From Yuukianura sp. NJ FZ-2021 (lineage: Eukaryota): 64,000 bases of DNA. Made by a program: the position numbers and the translations under genes. The notes beneath the pieces are model-generated. The model was not told where the DNA came from, did no database searches, and was given only the letters and a program-made list of their open reading frames with translations. Of the stretch, positions 46,067-58,501 are shown one piece after another (position 1 is the stretch's first letter; each line of letters begins with the position of its first letter). Location of the stretch: assembly GCA_046563655.1 (NCBI GenBank), contig CM102283.1, positions 3,100,001 to 3,164,000 of the forward strand, written 5' to 3'.

Positions 46067-47226
46067 CAATTTCTACGGGCTCAAAAAAACTTTAGCTACA
46101 ACTGGTGTGGCGCATGTGCAAAGAGAGAATTCAATCGGGAATCATACTGAACGTTTTATTGAACTTTTTCGACGAAATTTTGCAAATAGAAAATTATGAA
46201 TTACAAGAATTAACTCAAATTTTGAAGGATATCTTTAGGACTAAAGGTCGTTTTTCCACTTTTTTGTTTTTTAAATATGAGTTAATGTTTTCGGTAAAGA
46301 TGAAGAAAATTTTCTGGAAATAGGTTTCAATTTGAACACTTGAAATGAAATTGTACTTGTTGAAAACTTGAAAATGAAGCATATTGGCAATTTGGCTACC
46401 GATAAAATTTTTTTGGAGTGTGTAAGAAAGTAACTGGGGCGTCATACATAACCGCGGTAAATTCAAATCTTTTGAGAATAAAAGACTTTTCGGTTGGCGT
46501 AGGGTTAACCTCTCCGTTGGTGGTAGTGGCAAGGTGGCTACACTAATAGTGTAGCCACCATGCGGCTGTAGTGCATAGTGCAGTACACTATGCTGTAACT
46601 TATGTTTCCACCTCAGATTAGATTAGGATAGACCGTAGCCATTTATTGTAGGCAAAAGCACAGCCGTAGTGGCTACACTTTGCGGATAGAATAAGTGGCA
46701 CCTTTGTATATATTTTCCTAAAACGTATATAATCTAAAGTGGAAACATAACTTGCAGCATAGTATAGCCACCCACTGTACCCGGAACCAGGCTATGGTGT
46801 AAGGCTACAACAATGGTCGTTGAATATATTGTTGCCGCTTATTGTACCAATGAAAAACGGCTGCAGTGGCTACACAATGTAGCTGTAGCTACAACAGCCA
46901 TCGTTATTCCCCACCTCAACCGGCTTTTTCCATCTTTTTTTATTTTTGTCTGTTTTTGGATGATTTGTTTTTTGTTTATCGCTGGAAAATAAGAAGACCT
47001 TTCTTCCATTTTGAATTTTTGTCGCGACGATCGATAGTTAGTAGTGAGAAGGACAACTTGCTGGACCTGGACATCGCTGATCAGCGTAAATACTACAAGA
47101 CAACGGTGGTAAACCGTTGGGCAAAACTAGTAAAACAGTAAGTTCTTTCTACCTTATTCGGTGTTCATTTTCATTCTTACTGGAATTTGTTATCGTTTTT
47201 AGGATTCACTAAAAATAAAGGCGAAA

Positions 47227-50200
47227 ATGGCTGACGACAAGTTCAAAGAAGGAGATCGGGTGTTTGCAAAGATGAAAGGATACCCTGCTTGGCCGGCATT
47301 GGTAAGTTTATTTTACTCCTGGACAGTAACCATATCAAGAAAAAGTTGTTAAATTAACAATGTTAATTTAAATTTTCGAATGGTGTTTAGGTCGTCAATC
47401 GATTGCCTGGGAAAGTGGAAGCCTACAATGTATACTTTTATGGAACGTATCAGTCGTAAGTCGTCATCAGTCAGAGATTGTCACATCGTCAGTATTAAGT
47501 TAATAATGAAATGATAAGGATTCTGGTTTGTTTCTTTTCAGAGCCAAAGTAAAACCAGACAGTATGTATCAGTATAATGACGAGACAAAAGCCAAGTTCG
47601 GAAAGACACAGAGGAAGGGAGGAGCAACTGCTGACTTCAAACGAGCCATGGACGAAATCGAGAACAATATTGAATTCGGCACGGAGGAAGTTCAGGCCGA
47701 GGCAGAAGCTGCACCACCAGCAGTACGTTATCAACAAACCTTTTATTTTATAGTTAATCGATTAACGCATATTTTATAGATTGAACCAGAGGACGAAGAG
47801 GGTGGGGACCTCGTAATTGACGAAAGTCTTCCACCTGTTCTCAAAAGGGAAGGTAAAATAAGTCCAAGTCCCAGTGCCAGTACTAAGAAGCCTGGAGAAG
47901 CCAAAGTTACACCAAGTACAAACACTAAGAAACCAACAGCTGATGGGAAACTAACTCCAAGTGCTGGAACTAAGAAAGCTGCTCAACCTAAAGCAACGCC
48001 TGGATCAGGAACTAAAAAGGCCGCAAAGAAACTGAAGACACCAAAAACTCCTGTCGTGCCAACTCCACCACCAGCATCAGCTGATCCCGAAGATACTGCA
48101 GTAAGTGCTTCAATATCATAAAATACTGCATACCAGAAAACTTAAAAGTCTTAAATTCATACACGATGTGTCAATTTTAGGAATCAGCGATACTCACTCC
48201 AGCTCCAGTAGCTGCCCCAACACCGCCTCCTAAAGGAAGACGAGGAAGCAAGACTAATAAAAAGGACTTGGGTTTGTCACATCCATCCACTCCAGAACCA
48301 CCATCCACTCCTGCTGTTCCGCCGCCCGAAGTTAAAACTCGTAGCGGTCGTCAGATTAAACCCAAAAGGTTTGCAGATGAAGAAGTTGAATTTTCGATGC
48401 CTGGAAGTGGCAGCAAATCGGCTGCTTCAGAAGCTAAGTCAGGCGAAGGAGGTCCTACTCCTGCTAAACGACCAAAACGCCTCAGTACTGGTCCATCTAA
48501 AGCTCTACTTGACACTTCAGCAACTCTGTCACCGACTACACCAACCACACCAGTCGCAACTCCGGTGAGCCTACAACAATCTCCCATCAAAATCTACAAT
48601 TTTTGAGGTTCTAATTTTTTTTTTATATGTTTTCAGAAAACTGAAGAAGCTCTTCCACCTCCGCCGCCGCTGGAACGGCCAAAGTTGGCAGCCAAGCGAA
48701 ACACAACTGCAAAGCGAAAAAGCACTGGAAACTTGTCAGTCGCTGAATCCGAAGATGATGCTGCTCCTAAGCTTGTGGTGGCTCGGCCACCGCCTCCTTT
48801 ACGTGCGATGCCAACTCTTACTCCTGCACCAACTATTTCCTCTGCCGAAGTTGCTCCAGCATCCGCTAAAGTTCCGAAGAAGAAGGCTCCTCCAAAGCCG
48901 AAAGTTCCAGAGCCAGTCACTGAAGCTGACACTCCAGTCAAAACAGAAGAAATGGAAACAACTCCGTTGGAAACTAAAGCGGAAGAGGCTGATACAGAAA
49001 CGAAAGGTGAAGAAATGATTCCGGAAGAGCCGATAAAGGCTGACCTCACTTTGGAAGAAGATTCTCTTCCTTCATCAAAACCAGAAGATTCTTCCAATCC
49101 AGCTACACCGGAAGGAGAAGGAGAACAAGAATATGCTGAATCCAATGATCCGAATACTCAAGATACTGATGATGAAGGAACCGGAAAAGAAAATACCTTA
49201 CAAGAAGATCCAGTACAAACTGAAAACGGAGTCGGAACTGAATCAGGTAAACGTTTTTTTTCTAACTGTAATTCTGTATGGTGATGATGATGATGATATG
49301 ATGGTGGTGACGATGATGATATTATGATGATGATGATACGAAGTATGATGGTAGTAATGCGAGCATGGCGATTTTGATGATGATGATTCGAGTATGATGA
49401 TGTGATGATGATGCGAGTATGATGATGATGATAATGAGTAGTGGGTCTTATTTTACCGCCAGTAAGAATAACACTCAAGTTAACTGTCTCGTAAAATTTT
49501 TTGACAGATGATGTTCCCATTGTTCCGAAGCGAATGCGAGTTGATTTGCAGAATGGGACGGCAAGTGCAATACTTGGTTTTAATCATAATCGACCTACAT
49601 ACTTTCGGGTAAGGTTTGGATTTTAACTGTTCAAAAAATTGGAAACTGAAATTTTGAATTTTGAAAACGTTCCTTTTGCATTTGATTTTAAATTCAAAAT
49701 CCAATCCTTTCCCAATCATTTTTTGAAGAGTTGACCATACTCCATATGTTTTTGCTTTAACTATAATTTTGCTTCTGTTTTGGACAGACGGAGACAGAGG
49801 CTATAGCTTACGACATGGCCACTGCTCGAAACGTTTTGCAAACGAAAGTCCATTTAGAAGTCAACGAAACAGCATTTCTGAAGGCTGTTGCAGACTCATT
49901 GCCAGTATATTCTGGCAGTGAAGCGTGTGAAGCAGAGGAGACTGAAGCAAGGATACAGTTGAGGTCAGATCAAATCCACAAGAAGATATTGTAAGTTCGT
50001 ACTTTTTAAATCAAACTTCAAAATTTTGAAAAAAATTTGTTGAAAAAACTTTGAATTTTGTAGGCAATTGAGAATGGAGGGAGAAATGATCGAAATAATT
50101 GGGGAATTGGTGGGCAGTCTGCAACTAAAATTTGCTTTGTGTGATCGTGCTTTGGATCTCTTGGATAAACTAGCGAGTAGAACCGATGTCAACACGTTGG

Positions 50201-50764
50201 CGTTGAAGAAACATCCTGAAGTGGTCGACGTCATTCGTAAAGTAATGATTTACCTCAAAGACTTAGTTAATTAATGAAGAGTGTTGCAGTTTCAATCAGC
50301 TGATTTGTGCCTTTTTCCAGATTCAAAACTATCATGGCAATATTTCTCAGTGGAAAAATCTAAATCAAGCGCAAATTGTAAGATTTTATCACAAAGCAGA
50401 AGTTTTTTTGTTTTCGATACTTTTGTATCTTCGTTCTTAAAAACTTTTTTTTTTGTGTTTGTAGGAGGAGTTTCATGTAAAGGCGGAGATGATTCGTGAA
50501 AAAGCAATCAGTATTTACCAAAGTTTCAAACTCCTGTTTTGTATGGCGCCAGAAAAACCATTTTATGAGAAGTTTATGGAGGAAGTAACTAATTTTGAAG
50601 ATGCAATTACTACTGCCGGAATTCAGCCGCAGTCCAAAATGGTTTTCGCACTCTGCGAAGATCCTTCAAAAATCTCAGAGAAATGTAAGTTGTCAATCAC
50701 GAGTTATTCAAAAAAATTTAGTCACTGGGCGTCTTTTATAGAAAGTTTTTCAACTCTTTCAGAA
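47227..50764 (+). CDS. PWWP + integrase-binding-domain chromatin reader (LEDGF/HDGFL2/JASPer-like)
   Basis: FKEGDRVFAKMKGYPAWPAL...YNVYFYGTYQ (PWWP); long P/K/T/E-rich linker; C-term DRALDLLDKL...LKKHPEVVDVIRK...IREKAISIYQSFKLLF (IBD-like). 3' end uncertain (50764 if spliced, 50794 if intron retained). Confidence 0.85.
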
Positions 50765-51968
50765 AAAGATGCAAGAAGTCAAGAGTTCACCTGACTTTGT
50801 GCTGGATGAAGCCACAACGAGAGCCTGCTGAAGATGCTTCAAGTTCTTTTTGAATTCAGACGCTGCTTGGCTCCCATCCAATTAGTTAGTTTAGTGATGT
50901 TTTTCAAAAAGTCTTTGTTTGAGGTGAAATTATTTTCAATTTAAGAATTTTTATGTTAGATCTTCTTTACTTTTCTGTCAATGTTTGATTCCAATATTTT
51001 ATAAGCACAAACTCTTCGCCTTGGTCAATTTCTTTTTGTTGAGCAGCATCTTCTGAAGCTTTTGACTTTTTCACAGAAGAGATAGAAATAACGCCTTGTT
51101 GTTTTCCCCGTTGAAGCTCTTATGAAATAACTTAGTGTAAAGTGTAAATTTATGATTCTAATTATAAATTCTACTCAAGTTAACATGTTAGCAGAATATT
51201 ACGAATAAATATTATTTATTCAGGCATCGTCCATCAGTGCCCGTCCAAAAGAGGCATGGAATCCCAGGTAATCCATAATCTGCAAGGACCTATTGTGTTT
51301 TTTAGCTAATCTTTTTAATAGTCAATCAAATCAACTTTTTTGCGTTCTGAATCTGATCATGTACCCCGACCTGACCTCTAACCTTCCGGACATGGTTATC
51401 TCGCAGTTATTGAAAAGAAAAATACTCCAATCGTTATCATGTTACTGACCAATTGTTCGATTTTTGAATTTCCCATCACAACAGCATATGGCATTCAGCT
51501 CAATGGTGGTCTGAAGGATGATTTGAGTGAACTTCCGGAACGGCTACCTTCGACATGGTGACGGATTGTCACTGACGTTGACAAAGGATTTCTGCAAGGT
51601 CATGCCTGATTGTTTTTCGAAATTTTGACCATGTTTTTGGAAATGGTGGGGAATTTTAGTTTCTGATGTGCGATTCGTGATAATCGGGTGATTAAAAGAC
51701 AAAGGTTGGACAGACACGTGCAAATCGCTGCAGCAATTCAGCCAATTGTAGAGCGAGCAGACCTTCTCGAAGTTCTTGAAGTGTTGTCGATTGATCGCTG
51801 AAAAAATAGAATAATCTGATCAGAAACATCCAGAATTGGGAAAGTAATTGATATAAAATGGGCTGAAGTACGTTTGAGCACTTCACTTGCTGCTTACCTT
51901 ACCATAGACACTCCCTCCAGCTCCAAGAATTTTCAGCGTAGACGTTTCAACGTTTTCCGAAAATCATC

Positions 51969-53231
51969 ATGAAGGTCCTCTTTGTAGCTCTTCTGGTTGT
52001 CGCCAGTACTTACGCTGCCAGCTTCAGTAATAAGAAGATTCAAGCCGCTGGTCCAGAATGTCCACTGCCCGCAGAAATCCAAATCCCTGCCAGTCTACTC
52101 AACTTGACCTTCGGTGACTCCAATACCGACGGAGCCCTCATCATCCGCATTGATGAACCTAGTAAACAAGAGTAAGATATTCAATTTACTTGAGATCAGC
52201 TTCAATTAATCAATTAATTAACTCAAACTTACTTTGTATAGTGGCGGAGTTGCTACTGGACTGCACACACTTACGTACGAACTTGACTACAGCATCATCA
52301 CTCTCAAATTTAACTTCAACGGGGGTATCGCCGGAGAGGTTTGTGTCAAAGGTTCCAACTACGAGGCCACTGGAGAACTTGACATCAGTCCGTTCACCGC
52401 CGCGGTGTTTCCAAGTGGGTCGTTCGCTGGAGCTGGTTCCTACGAGGCATGTGTGACTAATCCTCAGATTGCCGGAAATGGCCAACTCGACCTCAACATC
52501 TTTAGCGGAACTGTTGCGCTTATTAAGCTGGAGCTTGAGCAACTCGTCTTCGACGCGGTCAAGACCAATCTCCAGGGATTGAAGGTCAACGACGCAGAGA
52601 TCAACTGGGACGAATGGAACGCAGCAATCAAGCAAAACTTTGAGGCCGAGTGGCCAATCCACGGAGCCGACTTTGTTGAACGTGTTCGAGCAGCCATTTC
52701 ATTCATCATCGAGGTAAGAGTTGAGTTGGACTAAACCGGAATTGCATCAATTGCTAGATCAATTGCTAGATATCCATTTTTTGACGTTTTGTCAAGTGGA
52801 TGATATATTTCGTTCGGTTTTATCCGGAAGAAATGGCTGGATAAAATGGATACTTCCTCCTAATTTGAAATAGGTGGAAGAAACATTTTATCCATCCGGC
52901 GGCACTGAAGTTGTAACCACCGAGTGTAACTTACAGTGATCTACTCGCACTTGTTACTACTAACTTTCTCGTCTTAACCATCTAGCATAACCGCTAAAAG
53001 GTGGTTACGGATATGACGGTGGTTAGGTCGAGGCTTACCTAGCTGAAAATGTCTCCCAACATAAGGTGTTGGGAAATATTTTCGTGAAGATAAAATTAAA
53101 ATAAATTAATAAAATAATTTTAATTAATTTAAGATAAAATTAATTGAATATTTTTTTTGTAGGAAATGACCTTGGAGGAGCTTATTGAAATCATCAGCGG
53201 AGGTGGAGGCGGAGAGCCGTGTCTTGCATAA
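51969..53231 (+). CDS. Secreted protein, possibly JHBP/takeout (TULIP-fold) lipid-binding family, 3 exons
   Basis: Signal peptide MKVLFVALLVVASTYA; beta-rich body with GSNYEATGEL, helical C-term; last exon EMTLEELIEIISGGGGGEPCLA*. Gene is solid, family assignment is inference. Confidence 0.6.
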
Positions 53232-53769
53232 AAACAATTAATTAGTCTACACCTAATTAATTATAAAGAATTAATTCCTCAAATAAACACCCAGTGAGGA
53301 GAGTATTCAAAATAAATAAGATATTTATTCAAACCTGGAGCAAAACTATGGATAACGATTACTTTTATCCTGTAATATCCATAGCAGGGTAATAACTGAA
53401 AAACGGTTTAGTATTTTCCGTAAAATACGCAAGCATTCCACCTTCCAGCAATCCATTATCTTCCGTATCCGACTTTTCCGACGATTATCCAGCCCTCTTG
53501 CTACTCTTCTCCCCTTGTGGAATCTTGAACAACGCAAAGACTGTGGAGAAGTTACAAAATCAAATAACTTTTAGATGAAATGGAGACACTTTTAGACAAG
53601 TTGGAGGACGAAGTATAAACTACTGGCAGCATCTCCAGTTAACGTAAAACTGAGTGGGACTAATCGATTGACGGGAGGACTGTTGACGTTGTGATCATCA
53701 GGGGGTAAGGATGTCGGTGTCAACGTCCTACTTTCTAAACATGTTCTGGATACTTTGTCATGTCAACTC

Positions 53770-56046
53770 TTAGGATGTCCCAAATGCAGCGTTTACAGCT
53801 GTATGAGAATCTCGGGCATTGATTTTAGTGTTAAGTGGAGCATCAGCGTAAATTAGGACACCTTCTAACTGCGTCGCTTTTACAAAGTTTTTCCAACCCT
53901 CCTCAGTGAGATCGAGTTGACTTTGAACGAAAGTGGTCGGAACCGTGGGTCGATAGCTGTTCATCACAAGTAAACATGTTAAAACTTGGAATATTGCAAG
54001 CATTTCAAGTACTCCACACAAATACTGCCAGTTCCTTGAGAGCTGAAACGAATTTCAGATCTCAACAACTGACCACATTCACTCCGTTAAAAGCTAAAAG
54101 CGTAAAAGTGACGTTATTAGTCAAGTTAAAACTTCAACGCGTTGGCAGTTGAAACTTCAAGCCGTTTAGAGTTAAAACCGTTAAAAGTTAAACCTTAAGT
54201 TAAAGCAAGCGGTTGAAAAATTCTCAGCTGACATCAAAACCAAACATACACAACATTATGAGAAGAAGCGTGTTCAAAAGTGTGACTAAGACACAAGTTA
54301 AAACTGTTAAAACTCGAGAAGTTAAAATGTAAAAATCTGAATGAACTAAAAGTAAAAGTGTAAAAGTGGTCTTACGATTTGAGGATCTTTCGAAGTGCAT
54401 TCTTTCGCTCCCTATTCACAAACCAATCAATCAAATACGCCGACATTTTGGGAGCCTGTTTGTGTAATCTGAAAAATTCGCAATAATTTCCCATTGCCCA
54501 AGCAGACCGAACTTGGAGCGCATGAGCGATACACTCGTCCTGCCGCTCCTCATCGTTCAACTTTGCCAATACCGTACCGAGATCTGCAAAAACAAAACAT
54601 AAACATAAATAGTTAAAAGTTAAAGGCGGTTTAAAAGTTAAAACAGTTCTCAATTAGTAATTGACTTACCGAGTGTACTGGTGGTGAAGATGTAGTAGAG
54701 GATTCGGTAGGCAGTGAACTCTCGTTCATTTTGAGAGCCATTGGGGAGCGTACTGTACAACTGGACTAATTGGGACTGACATTGGTTAAACTCCTCATGA
54801 TCTCCCTTCTCCAGTGCAATTCTAGCGTGTGTTTCATAAACTAAGACTGTGAAGGGCTCTCTTACTCTCTGGACAGTCAGATCCTGTCGAATGGACTTCA
54901 GTTGTTCACAGGCATAGCGATAGTCTTCGTTCTTCTTCCACTTGTCACAGACCATCGCTAGAGATCGACGCAGGATGTGCACAGGACGAATCGTAGAAGG
55001 ATCAGGAGCCTGTAACATCAAAATGTTAAAAATGTTACAAACTGTTAAAATGTTAAAACTGTTAAAATCTTAAGTTGGGTTACGTTTTTACCGTGGTTAG
55101 TCTCAGGTACATCTTCTCCAGATCGGTTGAAGTGCCGACAATCTTTGAATTCATGTCCCATGTAGCCAGTGCCCTTCGTCCACCGCTTTTCTCCATTCCC
55201 CATTTGACTGGAGACACACTCGAGTGGTCCACGAATCCACCAAGACGAGACTTCATCGAAACTTTTGACGATTTAGCTTCTATCAGAACCAAAACAAAAT
55301 CACAAGTCAAAAAACTGTGTGTTTTTCATAAAATTCAAAATCCTTACCGTCTTTGGCGAATCTAGCAGCTCTAGCATCAAGCCGAGCGTTCGTGACCTCT
55401 CCAACTTGACCTCCGACAGAACCGAATTCACTGTAGATATGAGCCTTGTTCTTTCCTCTGAAAATCAAAAACAAACACAACATTTAGTTCAGTTTCTTTT
55501 TTTTTCAAAATTCTAAAAAATTCAGTTTCTGAGAAAATTTTTTTTTAAATCTTACTTTTGCTTCTTGTTCTTTGTCTTTTGCTTCTTCGTAGGCTGCTTC
55601 TTGTCGTACTTCTTCCCTTTGCCTCCAGACTCATGACTGCAAGTAATCAAAAAAGACAAATCGAATTAGTAATCGAATGAAGTTAAGTGGATATGATCAT
55701 TATAAGGGATCAGCTGATTTGTGACTTACCGTTTCCTCTTCTTGCTTCTCGTTTCAGAATCGCTGGATGATGATCTTGAGGTTGATGGAGATGGTGACCT
55801 GGAAGTTGACCTAGAACGAAAACGATTTCTACCGCGAATTCCCTTGGGCCTTCCCTGCTGCCGACTCTTGAAGGATTCAGAGCGAGAGGGACTCAATCGT
55901 CCACCTCCTCTGCCTCGTCCTCTCCCAACTCCCGGGTAGTTATCTACTTTTAACGGAGTTCCCTTAACTATACCTGGAATCGCACCAGCTCCTACGCCTG
56001 TCTTCATCGTGTTGATGGAGGGAAGGCTGTAAATCACAAATCGATT

Positions 56047-56080
<34 letters not shown>

Positions 56081-57373
56081 TCATCATCATCATCTTATCA
56101 TCATCAATGCTAACGTATGACTTACATTGGAAGAGCCTCCTGCATCCAGTCACGTGTTTTGAAGTCTCCGGCGATATAAGCTTCTTCCAGTTTCTTACGT
56201 AGAAGATCCTGAGCCTTATCGATATCGTTGGGGTTGCTGGACATGACGATGGTGAACCACTTCTCAGCATACTTCCTAAAAATCATAAGTAATCGATTAA
56301 TTGATTAATTAATCATCAACTAATTGATTACTACTAATTATTAACTGTTAATTGTCAGTAGGTTGCTGACAAGAACCTACTTGAGGCTGAGTGGCCAGTT
56401 GTCAGAGTTGATGCAGTTGGCAAAGTCGGAACTGTCCAACTTAGACCGAGTAGATGCTGGTGGAGTGGATGCTTGGGCAATAGCACTGCCAGTATTATTG
56501 CTAGTACCTGCAGTATTTGCACTACTTGACGCCCAACTACTACCGTTAGTCAAACCGTATCCTTCTTTGCCAGTTGATGCTGCCAGTACATTCGCCTCTG
56601 ATTTGGGAATCTCAACGCTGAACAGATCTGGAAGAACGTTGACCGTTCCGTTCAACGGCTGAGTTAGTGCTGGACCGAACCGGGAATTTGGTTTAGGCCC
56701 CGCCCCTCGGATACCTCCGTGACCTGGACCTTGCTGACCCTGATGAGGAGAATTATTTGGCTTATTGAAAAAATGCTTTCGACCTGCTGGATTGAGACTG
56801 AAGCGGATTGGTTTGGGGCCATTCATATCCGGATTCCTGGCTACTCGTTCAACATTTTCCTCCTCTCCTGCTCCGCCATTGTTATTGTTGTTCCAAGTAT
56901 TATTCTGATGGAGAACGTTTGAGTAATTGGGTGGAGGTTGTGAAAAATTATTGTAAAATGGTGGTGGTGGATGGTATGGACGTGGTGGAGGTGGTCGAGG
57001 AGACATGACATGACGAGCAAATGGCCTATTAGGTGACGACGGTGGAGGTATCGACAACTGCGGAATTGGAGGAGGAGCAAAATTGGAATTAGATGGAGTC
57101 ATGAAATTCAATCCACCGCCTGCCAACTGTGAACCTGGGTAGTAATTCGGAGGAGGAATTTGTCTGCAAAGGAACCAAAAAAAAATCACAATTAATCATC
57201 GGTAAGTTGAGCAGATTACTAATTACTTTCTAAAATCAGTGCACTTACGCAAAGTAGTCAAAGGAAAATGAGTTTGACCATGACGTACTCGTATTTGTGG
57301 ACAGTGCAAGTTTCTTAGCATTGGCCGCAGCTTCGTTAATATCAAAATCTGACGTCATCTCGGATGCTGACAT
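53770..57373 (-). CDS. LENG8: LENG8/THP3-like SAC3/GANP-domain protein
   Basis: [30 protein letters not shown]...[16 protein letters not shown]...[25 protein letters not shown]...[20 protein letters not shown]-rich region upstream. Confidence 0.9.
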
Positions 57374-58501
57374 TTTTAGATTAATCTGAGAATCTTTCCT
57401 ACCAGTATCAGTACACTACTCAGCGCTTCCTTACATATAACATGTACCAATACGTTAACTAAACGATTAACCAAACCCAACTTATTGAATTTGTGGGTTG
57501 TATAACTTTTAGTATAACTTATTCTATATAACTATTTATATCCTAACTAACTTTAAATATATTTAACGATTTTTCAAACCAGACTTCTTCCTAATTCAAT
57601 TACTGCCAACGATTAACGAACGATGTCACCTGTGACGTAACTTCTCTCGTTCAACTTTCCTGTGTGATAAGAGATCCTGTTCTTTTCTGTGATGAACAGG
57701 AAACAGCAGCAGATGATGAACAAACAAACTTTCTCTGTTGTTAGACTTCTGTTGCCAGGGTAACCATAGAGGAGATGGGATGAAGGATGACCTGACTTGA
57801 CCTCTCCTCTCAATTATTAATTGGACTAACTTTTGCGACGACAAAACAAAGAAAATGGAGGAATGAATGACCAAAATGACGACGGAGACGGACCTAATAC
57901 TCCCACCCTAATTTCCTCTTCTTATTTTTTTGTAGCACGTTTTTAGCATTGTGTTGCAAAAAAAAAAAACGAAACGGAAGAGGGAGGAAGTGGGTGGTGA
58001 ACAAATGCAAGGATTTTGGATGAAGTAAGGAATAGATACAATTCCCTGTCAAGCACAATGCACCTACTGTGCCATTTGTAATGGTTACAATAAGTGGCTA
58101 CCCCTGAGTGGCAACCTGAGTAGCCACATTAACATATCATAAAGCGGCAACATAAGTTGCCCCTCAGTGTAGCCACGAATCGCTATCATGAGTGGCCGTC
58201 TTTCACAAATACCATTGTCGTTACAACATTGGGCGTTGAAGCTTACGCCAACCATGACTTCGCCCCTCTGCCCGCTAAGCATGTTTTTTTTAGTCATCAT
58301 CCTTTTAGTCTGAGTTTCCCCTTAAATTTGCATGCGGCGTGGGAAATTCAAATTTCAAAATTTTGAATTTTATTTTGGTTTTGATTTTACGCCGTCGTTT
58401 TTGTTTTTCATTTTCTTCATTCTTCATCCTTTCATTTTTTAGGATTACCGATTGATTACCGTCGTTGATCGTTAGGATTCTGGATTCTTGAAGCGTTAAA
58501 A

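Noticed and set aside
48633-49145. 170-aa antisense ORF and similar antisense ORFs over real exons
   Set aside because: Shadows of the coding strand's codon bias.
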